Below, piece after piece: positions 51,101-63,477 of a DNA stretch of 64,000 bases. The DNA is from Toensbergia leucococca (lineage: Eukaryota), in NCBI GenBank assembly GCA_022813965.1, contig JALDZS010000033.1:1-64000 (forward strand), read 5' to 3'. Below the pieces are notes generated by a model. That model was not told where the DNA came from, searched no databases, and saw only the letters and a program-made list of their open reading frames with translations. Numbering within the stretch: position 1 is the stretch's first letter; each line of letters starts with the position of its first letter. A program made the position numbers and the translations under genes.

Positions 51101-52348
51101 GGCTGGCGTTCCAACGTTCCTGATCTGTCGTCCGGCAAAGTATCGGATCTGTTTGTGAATTGCTTTGAAGGGCTGACCTTTAACCGGACCATAATGCTCG
51201 ATAGCTTTCAAACATATCTCTTCAAGGTCAGTCAGCACCACGTTGCCGCCGATCTCGACATGATCGTCTTTAAATGTATACTGCCGCAGCTCGGCAATGT
51301 CGCCAACGTACACTGATGCTGTGTATTGCATGGCCTTGAATTTGATCTCAATTTGCGTCTCGGTGCTACCTCCAATCACCTTTGCTGATGGATATACGCT
51401 TTTGATCTCGAGCAACTGTCTTAATGTTACCGGTCTGTACCACTTCTTGCGTTTATTACCGAGGGCCAAAGCCTTAAATTCGTGTCTCATCAAAGATGGT
51501 GGGAAGATGAGTTGAGTTTCTGGATTATATTCGATAAATCCAGGAGGAGTAAACCTCTTTATGGGCTGACCTTCATTGGCTCCATCGACACCCTTTAGGC
51601 AGCACCCATCTCTTGTCGTACCGTTGCCATTCTGCATACAACAACCTCCGCCCCCATTCGAGCTCGACTTCTTACAGGCACCTTTCACACTAAAAGATTG
51701 TGCAGCATCGAGTATGGGCCGATAGCCAGTGCACCGGCAGAGATTCCCATCAAAAGCCTCTTCTACCTCGAGTTCTGATGGATCAGTATCGTTTCTCAAA
51801 AGCGCATAGAGACTCTACAATATTGTTCATTAGTGTTTTCTTAACGCAATTCTTCAACATCCATACCATGACGATCCCAGGTGTGCAGAATCCGCACTGA
51901 CTTCCACTGCCCATTGCTATCCGTTCCTGTGCTGGATGTGGATTTTTGACATTACCAATACCCTCCACCGTGATGACATGCTTGCCATCAACGCTGACTA
52001 GCGGGGCCAAGCAAGCATTCACAGATGCATGGTAGATCTTTTTGGTGGTTGGATTGAGCTGTGATACTACCTGTCGATACTTTAGTTTTATGAGCATCTA
52101 TTTCCGAGCCACAGCACACGTACCACAGTGCAAGCCCCACACCCTCCTTCAGCACAGCCAAGCTTGGTACCTGTCAGGCCAATGCCTCTAAGATATTCAA
52201 GCAGTGTGATTTCAGGATCAATGGAATCGAGCGTAACTTTAGTGCCGTTGAGGTAGAAATGCAAAGTGTCATCGAAGTCTTCAGTCACCGCATGTAAAGA
52301 GTTTGACCTTTCAGAAGGCACAGCTGGTTCTATAAGTCCAGGAGCCAT
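48110..52348 (-). CDS. hxA: Xanthine dehydrogenase (2Fe-2S, FAD and molybdopterin domains), 4 exons
   Basis: [79 protein letters not shown] and [10 protein letters not shown]. Introns 52071-52123, 51815-51866, 49797-49850. Confidence 0.97.
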
Positions 52349-52770
52349 AGTCAAGGGATGTCACGAGTGCACCAAGAGGAAACAGTTTCAATAGTACTCC
52401 AACAAATTACATGTAACGATGATCAATTTTGTGGAAAGAAAACAATGTATTTACATTGTGTACACGAGTGGAAATGCGTGTCACAGATTATTCAGACGGA
52501 AGTTTGTCAGTATTTATTGAACACTTACACTTTACTATGTCTTATCGCGGATTCTGTGTGGAGATCTCCGCAATCCGATCACCAATTGTGGTGGTGTAGG
52601 GCTGAGGTTTTATGTAATCAGCACAATACGGATAGGGCAGTTGGAAATGTCACGTTACTGCGCCAGAGAATAAGCGAGGTTCTGGTTTTGCAAGCCAAGT
52701 ACTCATAGGTAATGCAACTTGCTTCAACGGTACTTTAGAGAAACAAGTCTCTTTTAGAACTCTAGCCAAA

Positions 52771-53895
52771 ATGCGGCCTATAATCCAATCGCCGCATGCT
52801 AGAGAATGCCTTGTCCGACTTCAAAGACCACTTCCCTCTACATACCATGTGCCACTCTGTCTTCGCCTCTCGCACAGGAGATACATCACGGCAGACGAGA
52901 AACCTCTACCTAAAGCAGATACTCAAGCCACTGGGCCTAATCAGGAGCAGTTACCGCATGTCAGCGAGGAGGCAGCAGCTTTAAGCAAGGTCACTGGCGG
53001 AGAGGGGCCAGATCTCGATCAAGGTACACCAGTACAAGAGGTCCGTAGAGCCAGATGAAGAAGAGATCCTTATACAAATTCTGACTTCAATTGTAAAGGT
53101 ATTAAAGCGAGATGAAGAAAGCCAGAGAAAGGCTCCAAAGGTCATGCGAGAAGACATCAAAACATCATCATCACCAAAGGGGTCAAGACCGTTTTCTACT
53201 TCTACAAGGCAGGAAGCCATGATTAGCTTCGAGGATGCTGGAATTGAGAGCCAAGGCCACAAATTCGGGATCCCAGAATTACCACTACAAAGCAATGCTA
53301 ACATCAAGCATCGATATGATCCCGTCATTCATCAAGTTACGAACCTTCTCATGAGAGATGGCAAGCTGAGTGTGGCTCAGAGGGTATGGCTGTCAGTTCC
53401 TCTAGGCTTTCACTCGAGATCCTTTACTGCTCAGCACAAAGATGCTGATATTTATGGCAGAACATGGCTATGATACTTACGCATCTCCGAACCGCGTCAT
53501 CGCCATCGGTCAATCCGACTCGACCTCTTGTCCCAGGCGCACCTCCTGCATCTCATCTTCCTCTGAATCCTGTCCTTTACCTCACCCTCGCAATTGACTC
53601 TGTAGCACCTCTCCTTCGGATACGATCTCAAAAGGGCGCGGCAGGTGGAGGAGTCGCTTTACAGATCCCAATACCTTTGGGACTAAGGCAACGACGACGG
53701 CAAGCCGTGATGTGGATTTTGGACGCGGCAAGCAAGCGACAATCAAATGGAAGTGGTAAGGGTGGTTTTGCAAAAAAAGTAGCCGAAGAGATTGTCTCAG
53801 TGGTAGAAGGCCGGAGTGGGGTTTGGGATCGAAGGGGTGGAATCCACAAGCTTTGTATCGCTGCCCGGGCCAACCTTGGGTTAGGTAGGAAATAG
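52771..53895 (+). CDS. RSM7: Mitochondrial small ribosomal subunit protein uS7m, 3 exons
   Basis: Arg-rich presequence. Motifs RYDPVIHQVTNLLMRDGKLSVAQ, LAIDSVAPLLRIR, QIPIPLGLRQRRRQAVMWILDAA and IHKLCIAARAN. Confidence 0.9.
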
Positions 53896-55093
53896 GAGAA
53901 GATAACCTGTTTTCTCAAGTATAGCTGTATTGCAATTTTACACATGTCAAAATGGTATGTGTCCAGCATACGGATTACAAGGTACAAGTGAGGAGGATTG
54001 CCGATAAAACTTGTCATCATGCAGGGCAGGACGGAACAAAGTTCGGCCGCAGACAGGATAACGTAGGCCAACTCCTTTGTTCCTGGACATGGCCACAAGA
54101 CGCTCTATCGTACAGCTTCTTGGCATGTTCTTGGTTGCATGATAGTCGCAGCTGAACCGACCTTTATCACTTTCCTGAACCAGGCTATGCCCAGTGTAAT
54201 TCTGTTGTCACTTCACGTCACAGGATTGCGTGATGGCTTCCAGCTATGCTCCACTCTTCACAATGCCCGTTCCCATTGCCTTAGCGATGGAGGTGTGAGC
54301 TAGGCGGGTTCTACTCAACAGTTATGTACTTGAATTTCCCCCCTTGTCTCTACTTTGTCAATCCCATCGGCATGTCATATCCAACCATCTAATTCTTCCG
54401 CCTTCTGTATTCTCGTTGGAAACAGCACAGAGGCCCCCGTTTCTCTCTCGTTTCTTGTCCCACTTCAATATGAAAGTATCGCACAAATACTGCCGTAAGC
54501 AACTTACAATTCACGACATGAGACTGTCGATAGACTGAAGTCTCGGAACGGGCGCACATATACTTTCCTATCCTTCAATTAAGTTTCCTAGGCCATTATT
54601 GCAATTTAGGTTCGGCCGGCCCCACACTGAGCTAGGCATATCTTTGGCCTTTGACCTCCGCAGGAGATTCAGAGTCAGGTACCCTGCCCAAAAGTATGTA
54701 TTCTGTAAATATCTACCAACATTCATACCTGATCTTGTCACTCACTCACCCCGCCGTTCAAGCAGCATCCAACCATGCTTCCCTAGCGTGATCTATCTGC
54801 GTCAGCAGTTTCATCCGCATAAGCACACATGCAGACTTCCATATCCCGCTGTGTTTAACCACTAAGACCAGGAAATCTGCATTTATCCCGCCTACCCAAT
54901 CATACACGTACCAATTGTGTATCGCAAAGGATCTGGCAGTACGTTATCTTGGCGCTGGCGAACGACACTTCCATGAAGCCTATTTGGATCACGATCTTCT
55001 GATCAACCCATCAAGTCATCCATGACATTGAGTCTTGTGAAGGGAGTATATCTAAATTCATAGGCCGAGCGACACGCTTTTACGACAGTCAGA

Positions 55094-57418
55094 ATGTCCC
55101 TAGAATCAGCATTAGATGAGGAGCGACGTGATGTGATGGACATCTTGGAAGGACGAGTTCTACAACCTCGAGATTCGACGGCTTCGACAGCCACTCCACT
55201 AGGTCCGCGTAATGCTAGCCCGGTTCCTATCGTGCGAAGTATGCTTGATATCGGAGTTCCTTTGGAGACCAGGCGTGGATCTAGCACCAGCATAGGTTCA
55301 GGCTCCCGAATCACAAGCCCCTTGGAAATACGAAGCATGCTGGACATAAAAGGAAGTGGGATGACACACGGTCGGATTACCCATAGTCTGACCACATCGG
55401 CTACAGCTTCTAAGCCTTCTGTTGACAGCCTTCATCGAGCTCAGTCTGAAGCCGCGTCCCATCCTCCTGATGGGCGTCCTCGTGCGCAAAGCGACAGAGG
55501 CCGAGAGGCCGTTGATCTGAATGCAGAATATCAATTCAGTATGCTGCCCAGCATAAAATCTCAAGCACTACCAAAGCGAGTCACACAAGGGGGAAAGAAA
55601 CAGGGTTCTAATGTAAATTCTATGGTGTCCATCATGCAAGGGCAAGAGCTAGGACCAATGCCTAGAGGTAGAGATAGTGGAAGACATAACTCGACCGCCG
55701 GGATTCCCGGAGGCACATCCAAATCTCCATCTTCTCGACTAAATTATAGGCCCCAATCGCCGGAAGGGAGTGTGCTCAACACTAGTTCCTCAAATCCTAT
55801 ACCTACGCCAGGGAGATTTCTAACAGACGCCGGAAAAGTCATCGATATGAGTAACGCTTACCGAAGGCTATCAGACGCCGCCCTTTTACAATCTGGAGGA
55901 GGATTGTCTACTTTACCAGCGAAGCCTCGTTCCGAACTCGTGCCTGCAGGTAGTGGTCAAATGCTCTCACCTACCGGAGAGATCAGGCTTCAAAAAGATT
56001 ACTATGAGAACGATGAGAACGACGAGGCTGCAATTGAGACTAGCGACGAAGATTCCCACTCAGGAAGTTCTGGCAACGAAGGCCGGGGAAAGCAGAAGTC
56101 CAGAGGTAGACAACCGAGCAAGCAAAAAAAGAGCATCAAAGGTAGAGACGAGGCTGGTAAGAGCACAAGTATAGGGATGTTGGGTATGGGAAGAGTAGGC
56201 GGCCCAAGAAAGGTCAAAAGCTTGATGGCGGCAGCTGAAGAAGAGCGTAAGTCTTCCGCTAACCACATCTAATTCTTGATAATATGGGACCAAATTGAAT
56301 CCGTCTACAGGTCTAAAAGTATCATCGCAGTACAAGGTCAAGTCTATGCTAGACCCCATAGTCACAGTCACTCCACCCAACGGTGAAAAGGGACCTTTCA
56401 AGAAAGTCAGGGTGCATCCTAATACCAACTACGACCAGCCTATCAGCTCACGGGCGAGTCCAGTGACTTCGGACTCGGATGAGATCAATGACATAATACG
56501 GGCTCAACGACTTGGCATTAATATGTCACCGGTGGACAGTACACCTCCCCGAGCGATCCGCACGATGATTCGGGGGGAGTTTTCCAAAATGCAGCAAGAG
56601 GCGGAGGAAGGGTCGAGACGGATAAGGAGCTTCCTCGTGGCCACGGATCTAAGTGGAGAAGCTGCATATGCCTTGGAGTGGACTATTGGGACTGTTTTGC
56701 GTGACGGCGACACGCTTCTAGCAGTATATTGCGTCGACGAAGAAACTGGTACTGGCAAATTAGGGGAGGCAGATAATGCTCATGGTATACCCATTGGTGA
56801 AGGGGGGAGAGCAATGCTCGAAACGGCAGCTATCGTTGGCAAATTGACGGTAGCAGCTCAAAAAAATGCTTCGACGCCAAGTCCATCGCCATTGGGAGCT
56901 TCCGCCTTCCGAGGTAGCCGTGGAGGTTCGACGGATTCTCGATCGCTGTCACGGACGGAACAAGAACGCTACCATGCTATAGAGGATATCACGCAGACTT
57001 GTATCAGGCTGCTGAGGAAGACCAAGCTGCAGGTCAGAATTGCTATCGAAGTTATTCATTGCAAGAGTCCGAAATACATGATAACGGAAGCTGTACGCCG
57101 TCTCCTCTCTCCTACATGACTGCATTTGACTTGTACTCATACGCGCCAGATTGACACTCTTAGACCCACGCTCGTCGTTCTTGGCTCACGAGGTCGGAGT
57201 GCGCTGAAAGGGTAGGTTAACTTACAAAGTAGCCAGAATGTAAGGCTAATTGACTTTGCAGAGTTCTGCTTGGATCTTTTTCCAATTACCTGGTGACGAA
57301 ATCATCCATCCCTGTAATGGTTGTACGCAAGAAGCTTCAAAAGTCGAACTCCAAGAGCAAGTTGCCACGTGTTCGCCTTCCTAACAACCTCACACTGGCA
57401 GATGCCAAGATCGATTGA
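55094..57418 (+). CDS. Universal stress protein (Usp) domain protein with a long disordered N-terminus, 4 exons
   Basis: FLVATDLSGEAAYALEWTIGTVLRDGDTL, IEVIHCKSPK, and spliced LVVLGSRGRSALKGVLLGSFSNYLVTKSSIPVMV. Stop TGA at 57416-57418. Confidence 0.9.
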
Positions 57419-57843
57419 CCCTTTCTTTCACATGTTAGAAAGCTCCACGCAACGTATTCGACCACGAGTTACTGTCAAGGACCCCTCGGATCCTAGAACA
57501 TGCTGTCTTGACAATTGGCAAAGAGATCGTGGACCGAAGTGCCTTAGGCAAGAAGGGTGATTAGATCTAGGAGATGGCGGTAGTATGATCGACGGTTTCT
57601 GCGGTACAGGGACAATGTGACTGATCCTTTCCCTCCCTGCTAGCGCTTCTTGTTGCGATATCAGATATTTTCTTCTCCAGTGGAAGAGTGCATTATGAGA
57701 AGGATGAACTTTTACTCTCATCCCAGTGATTGATAGTATACTGATTTCGGTTAAAGTTTTGAAAGTCATGCAGTCTTACATCACGTCTTGGGAACGGCAT
57801 TTGAAGACTGTTTTGCCCTGCATAGATCGACACAGGGTCATAG

Positions 57844-59744
57844 ATGGCACAGTCCCATCTTCCTGCCCCGCACTCTCATCATCTGTCCCAGTCAACAGAT
57901 ACAGACGCCATGGAGCCACAGCTAGCGCCACAGCAAGAAAAGTCGACGCCACTCCAACCTCCTCTTACCTATTTGGCAGAAGTGCAAGATCCAGAAGATG
58001 GATCGACTGTTGTCTCATCTAGCAAAGATCTCGCAGCAGCATTCGTGTCTGAGCATGCCCAACCAATTGACCCCCTTGTTGAGCGCCGCGTCCTACGGAA
58101 GATTGACTTATTTCTCATTCCGTTTATGTGGACAGGCTACGGCTTTGTGTACTATGACAAAGTATCAGCACATCCGCCAAAACCGCACACTACCCTCCCC
58201 CTCCATCACTGCTAACACCAGTAGGCAATCTTGGGCAGCGCTGTCCTCTTCGGCATGACCAAAGACCTCTCCCTCTCGGTAGTAGATCACTCTACCACCC
58301 CGCCAACAACCTCAACCACCCGCCTAAGCTGGGCAATCTCCCTCTTTTATTTCGGCATGCTCGCCGGCCTTTACCCACTAACATTCACCCTGCAACGCTT
58401 CCACCTCGGCAAAGTCCTCGGCTTCACCGTCATCTTCTGGGGCCTCATCGCCATGCTCACCGCAACCGTGACGTCCTACCGCGGCCTCTTCGCCCAACGG
58501 TTCTTCCTCGGCTTCGTCGAAAGTATCGTCCCCACCGCCTTCATGTGCATCGTCAGCGGCTACTACACTCAGGAAGAGCAAGCCTTGCGCCAAAGCTGGT
58601 GGTTCTCCTCAACGGGCGGGTGGACCATCATCGGTGGCGCGCTGAATTACGGCTTCGCCCAGATTGAGGGCGGGACTTTGAGGCGCTGGCAGTATATCTA
58701 TCTGCTAGCTGGGGCGTTGACAGTGGGATTTGGGGGCCTGTGCTTTGCGCTGCCGAATTCGCCAGTGTCGGCATGGTTTCTTTCGAGGGAGGAGAGGATC
58801 GTGGCTGTGGAGCGGTTGCGGAAGGGACAGACTGGCGTGAGATGTCAGAAGCTCAAGCTGTATCAGATTCGGGAGGCGGCGCTCGATGCCAAAGTTTGGA
58901 TCGTCGCGCTCATGATGGCCTCGGCGTAAGCACCTCACCAGCTCCATCCCTCGAACCCCTCCCTTCTGACCTCGCGGAAGCTACACCGTCAACGGCGCCG
59001 TCAGCGGCTTCGGCCCCCTCATAGTCTCCACATTCGGGTGCGTCCCTCCCTCACGCCCCTCCCCAAAATCTCACACTCACCCACCACGCACCCAGCTACA
59101 CCGCCCTCGACTCCATCCTCCTCCAATTTCCCCTCGGCTTCGTCGTCCTAACCACCATCCTCCTAACCGGCCTCCTCACCACCCACCACCCCAACGCGCG
59201 CCTCCCCCTCCTCATCCTCAACTGCCTCCCCGTCATCGCCGGCTGCGTCCTCATCTGGAAATCCGCCTGGACGCACCGCGCCGTCGCGCCTGTGGTCGGC
59301 TACACGCTGATCGGCTTCTTCGGGCCCGTGGTCAGCTTAGTGATCAGCGTGGGCATGGCGAATGTGGCCGGCGCGACCAAGAAGAGCTGTGTGGCTGCGG
59401 CCGTGTTTGCGGGGTATTGCGTGGGGAATATTGTGGGGCCGCAGCTGGTGAGGACGGAGTCGGTTGGCAGGCATTATCCCGAGTTGTGGGTTGGGGTTGT
59501 TGTTTGGTATCTCTCCTTGCCACCTACCGCCCCTCACCCCTCAAATCCACAGCTTACCTTTTGCCCCCCATCATGGGGCAACAGCTACATCATTACCATC
59601 CTCCTAGCTCTAGCGCTCTACTTCCTCCTACGCGCCGAAAACCGTCGCCGCGACGGCCTCCACGTGGACGACACCGACCGGGACAGGTTAGCTTTTTGCG
59701 ACCTGACCGATCGAGAGAACTTGGGGTTTCGGTATGTTTTGTAG
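57844..59744 (+). CDS. MFS anion:cation symporter, allantoate permease (Dal5)-like, ~5 exons
   Basis: ERRVLRKIDLFLIP..YYDKAILG, QRFFLGFVES, YYTQEEQALRQSWW, FLSREERIVAVERL, NVAGATKK..GYCVGNIVGPQ and DLTDRENLGFRYVL. Confidence 0.92.
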
Positions 59745-60215
59745 GGGTGTGGGAAGGGCGGTACATTGCGGGGAGGTGTGGTTGAGAATAGATGGGGAAG
59801 TGGGAAGGGGGGGGGGTTTGGATGAGAAGTAAGGATATCACAAGGAAGCGCTGCGTAGATCATCTGTTGCACAATTTGTTTGCTCATAGATGACATGAAG
59901 GTTGGGAACATGCCCACTTCCACTCGTCACCGTGACGAACCCACCCTCTCTCTTCCTGCCAAAAAAACGCCTCCGAGTCTTAATGCTTTGTAGGACCAGG
60001 ATGAGCTGGATCCATTGTATGCCTGTCCAAGAAAATACCTGCCCCTGAAAAATGCTAGTTGGAAACGAATGATGCTTCGTAGATATGGTATATCTAGGCG
60101 CTGAGGGATGGAGCTTTGCATCGTGCTTCAAACGTAAAAATGCCGTGCCGAAAGATGCTTCGAGGCCGTGCGAGTCATATGAAGTGTTTGCATGAATATA
60201 GGATTGACAGGAATT

Positions 60216-61302
60216 TCACCGTTTCAGCCGCTTTGATCGCCGGCCTGCCCGGCTGGGCGCAAGGGGTTCAGGTTCCGGCTCTTCCTCTGAATCTTCCTCG
60301 CCCAATGTTTCCTCTGCGTCATCGTCCTCGACTGCAGCCACCTTCTTCGACTTCTGCCGAGCAGCTGTTTTTCGAAAAGCCTCCTCTGGAGGCTCGTCAT
60401 GGGGTTCCTCCTCCATGCTTCTCTTTTTTCCTGTCTTGCCTTTTGCGGCCCCTTTCTTACCTTTTCCGTATTTGGCTTCTAATTGGTCTATTATATTGGC
60501 GGCTCGGCCTTTTGATCGTTGTTGAATCAATGCGGCGAGGGCTGATTCGTCGTCGCCTTTGCGCTTTTTGCTAGATTTGCCGTTGCCGTTTCCGAGTAGA
60601 TCTTCGTAAACTCCTATCTTTATCGCGTACTCTTTTGCTTCTTTGGCCTCCTTCCTGGCATTCGCATGCCTGCTTGTCTTCTTTTTGGCGTCCTCATTGA
60701 CGTATTCAGGGAATGCTTCGACTTCTCCATCCTTGATTGCCGAGTCGATGTATCCACGAAATCGATCTTCGTCCTCCAAAGGATTGCTGAGCAGCACAAT
60801 TTTGAAGACCTTATTTAGCTTCCCTTTGTAAGCTTTGTATGCCTTGAGAACATCGCGTCTCTCCTCTTCAGAATTCTGATAAGTTTCTTTGAGATTGTTC
60901 AGTGTCTCTCCTGTGACTGCTTCGGCCCATTGCTCGCGGTAGAAATCACGCCAATTGAAATCATCTTCCTCTAGACCCAAGGAATCAGAGGTGTTGCCAG
61001 TGTTGTCGTATCGACTCCGCCTACGATCATCGGAGAGGATGGCATAGGCAAATGCGATTTCTTGGAACCTGGTATGTGCTTCGTCTTTGGCATCGGGTTG
61101 GGCCTTGTCTGTCGCCGGTGAGTCTCCCATGGCGATAGGAAAGATATTGAGATGAAAGCATACCTGGGTGATGTCGCAGTGCTAGCTTTCTATATGCTGA
61201 TTTCACATCGCTGGAGCTGGCACTCTTTTCGATCTCGAGGACTTTGTAAGGGTTGATATCTCTTGGAGGCGTTTCAGAGAGGTCCGATGGTTTAGATGGC
61301 AT
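60216..61302 (-). CDS. DnaJ/Hsp40 domain protein (DNAJC9-like), 2 exons
   Basis: NPYKVLEI..VKSAYRKLALRHHPDK, with HPD formed across intron 61109-61163. FQEIAFAYAILSDDRRRSRYDNTG, YQNSEEERRDVLKAY and LEAKYG. Confidence 0.9.
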
Positions 61303-61625
61303 GGTGATAGTATGAACAGAGGGGCAATATTGCAGAAGTAGAAGGACAGGCTTTATCTACGAATTTATTGCTGCGTATCCGTGAGTGAGAGCTAGAATTG
61401 AGCTTTGCGGGGTGACGTGAGACGCGAGGGCAAGTCGCGTCAAAATCCTTGGCAAGGCTACCCTCGAGCTTCTCTCCCTCAATCCATAAACTTTTGTTCC
61501 ATCTACAGTGCGTTTAGTACCTCGGTGACTACATCACGCTTGAACGTATGAGTGTCCTGGCTCATCTTGTTGTTCCTCTTCCGAAAATTTCAAACAGCTT
61601 GGAAATTTCTTGATTTACAAAAGGC

Positions 61626-62156
61626 ATGGCGGACACTCCCTCAATTTCCCCCCAGGATCACGAAAGCTACATGCGCTTTGCTTCATCTCTAGCAGAGAAG
61701 TCGACCCCGAAGCCCACAAACTTCCGCGTCGGCGCAGTCCTCGTGGATGAGGCCACAGGAAAGATACTCTCAACGGGCTACACCCTAGAGCTTCCTGGCA
61801 ATACTCATGCTGAGCAATGCTGTCTCAGCAAGTATGGCTCTGAGAAGGGTGTGACTGAAGACAACGTGGGGCGTGTCATGCCGGAACATACTGTTCTCTA
61901 TACCACCATGGAACCCTGCAATAAAAGGTTGAGCGGCAATGCTCCCTGCGTTGAGAGGATCTTACAAACCACTACAAATGGCAAATGTGGAATCAAGGTT
62001 GTGTATATTGGGGTGAAAGAGCCTGAGACCTTTGTTACTAAAAACAGTGGCGCAGCAAAGCTTGAGGAAGCAGGCATTAAATGTGTACATGTTCCTGGTT
62101 ACGAAGAGGACATCTTGAAGATAGCTAAAGCAGGCCATGCAGAGAAGAGCCCTTGA
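61626..62156 (+). CDS. RIB2: DRAP deaminase (riboflavin biosynthesis; stand-alone cytidine-deaminase fold)
   Basis: NFRVGAVLV, STGYTLELPGNTHAEQC (HxE motif), LYTTMEPCNKRLSGNAPC (PC..C motif) and VYIGVKEP. Confidence 0.85.
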   Translation: MADTPSISPQDHESYMRFASSLAEKSTPKPTNFRVGAVLVDEATGKILSTGYTLELPGNTHAEQCCLSKYGSEKGVTEDNVGRVMPEHTVLYTTMEPCNKRLSGNAPCVERILQTTTNGKCGIKVVYIGVKEPETFVTKNSGAAKLEEAGIKCVHVPGYEEDILKIAKAGHAEKSP

Positions 62157-62363
62157 GTCTCTCCTTTCACGATTCGTGCATTCGAACTTCGAATTGGCTC
62201 AATGCGTTTCGCAAGAGACTCGTACCAATGTTTTGTGACGAGCATCACGTGCCTTCGCGTTACCTTCATTTCTGGATGATGACGAGACTAATGACGACAC
62301 TCTGAACCTCGAGCATCATGACTGTAACATCCATCTACAATACTCACTTGATTCTCTTCACTT

Positions 62364-63381
62364 ATGCGTTTCTCTATCCCTTCAAACTTTCAGCAAAGCG
62401 TCAAGACCTGCTCCATTCCTAGCAAAACAACTGTACCACACCTAAGAAGACTTTCACCAATTTACTGCACCCGCAACATGTCTACAGGTATGTACTCGAG
62501 TCTAGTGAGACAGCCTTGAATCACTTCTAATACAGTGGTACACAGGCAGCGGGGATCTCGGCATTGAAAACACCAACATCAAGACTGCTTCTGGAGTCTC
62601 TCTCGATGACAATCAAAAGACACTCGTCGGAAGCATCTTGGATGTAAGATTACTCCCAAGCCATTTCCAAAATTGATAGACTAAACTACGCTTAGCTGTT
62701 CGCTGGTCGTCCATCATTGAAAAAGTTATCACTGTGGGCTGATGATGCGACTTTCGAAGACCCCATTACTGTAGCTCAGGGCCGGAAGCAATATGAGCCT
62801 CAATGGGTAAGCTCAATTCTTGCTCCGACCGAATTTTCTCTCTTACATATATCACAGTATGGTCTGCAGTCTGCCTTCTCGGAAATCGAGCGTCTCCACC
62901 ATGAGGTGACCGATGGCGGAAACCCCATAGCCATGGACCTGAAAACCCGTTATGTCGTCAAAGGCATTGGCAAGGAACAGACAATCAACAGCAAAATCGT
63001 GATTTTTTACGACAAAGCTACTGGAAAAATCACGAAGCTCGAGGACAAGTGGGATGGTCAGCTACCGGATAGTACCTTCAAGAATGTGAGTATTGATCAG
63101 CTTTTAAATCCTTGGTGGTGGGTTCACTATGGGGAGGGATGGGCGTGGTGGATGTGGAGCTTCACTTGGGATATGTGGTGGTGGCAGGTGTGTGAGCACC
63201 AATTGCCTACCTGCCATCTGTACAACATCCAAACGCAAAGCAACTTCACTCTCAGAGTCCGGTTGGATCAATGCTGACATGGATTTCACAGGCATTCCGC
63301 AAGCTCAACTCTGTCACTGTGCCAAAGATGGTCGGAGTTCCCAAGACGGACGAGGAAGACGCACAAAAGGGCAACCAATGA
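62364..63381 (+). CDS. NTF2/SnoaL-like fold protein, 5 exons, with alternative starts (62364/62478) and alternative donors (63086/63188)
   Basis: Spliced VGSILDLFAGRPSLKKLSLWADDATFEDPITVAQGRKQYEPQWYGL..ITKLEDKWDG..AFRKLN. Introns 62488-62545, 62644-62695, 62807-62857, and 63086 or 63188 to 63291. Confidence 0.8.
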
Positions 63382-63477
63382 AGTGTTCAATTCTTCCACT
63401 AGTTTAATACCTTTAGCTATCTGCGTGTTCCAAAGTTTTTACTCGTTCTCAACATGACCATCCCCTTCCCAGGCATC

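Noticed and set aside
52349..52770. UaY site (TCGG-N6-CCGA) in the hxA/RSM7 divergent promoter
   Set aside because: No exact match was found. There are only isolated GATA cores (e.g. CTTATC at 52541), too short to call.
46961..59744. Possible nicotinate-catabolism (hxn-like) cluster: NRK1, a xanthine dehydrogenase family gene and a Dal5/Tna1-family permease
   Set aside because: The enzyme has the HxA-type [10 protein letters not shown] motif rather than the HxnS-type variant. No hxn regulator, amidase or monooxygenase is present, and RSM7 and the Usp gene intervene.
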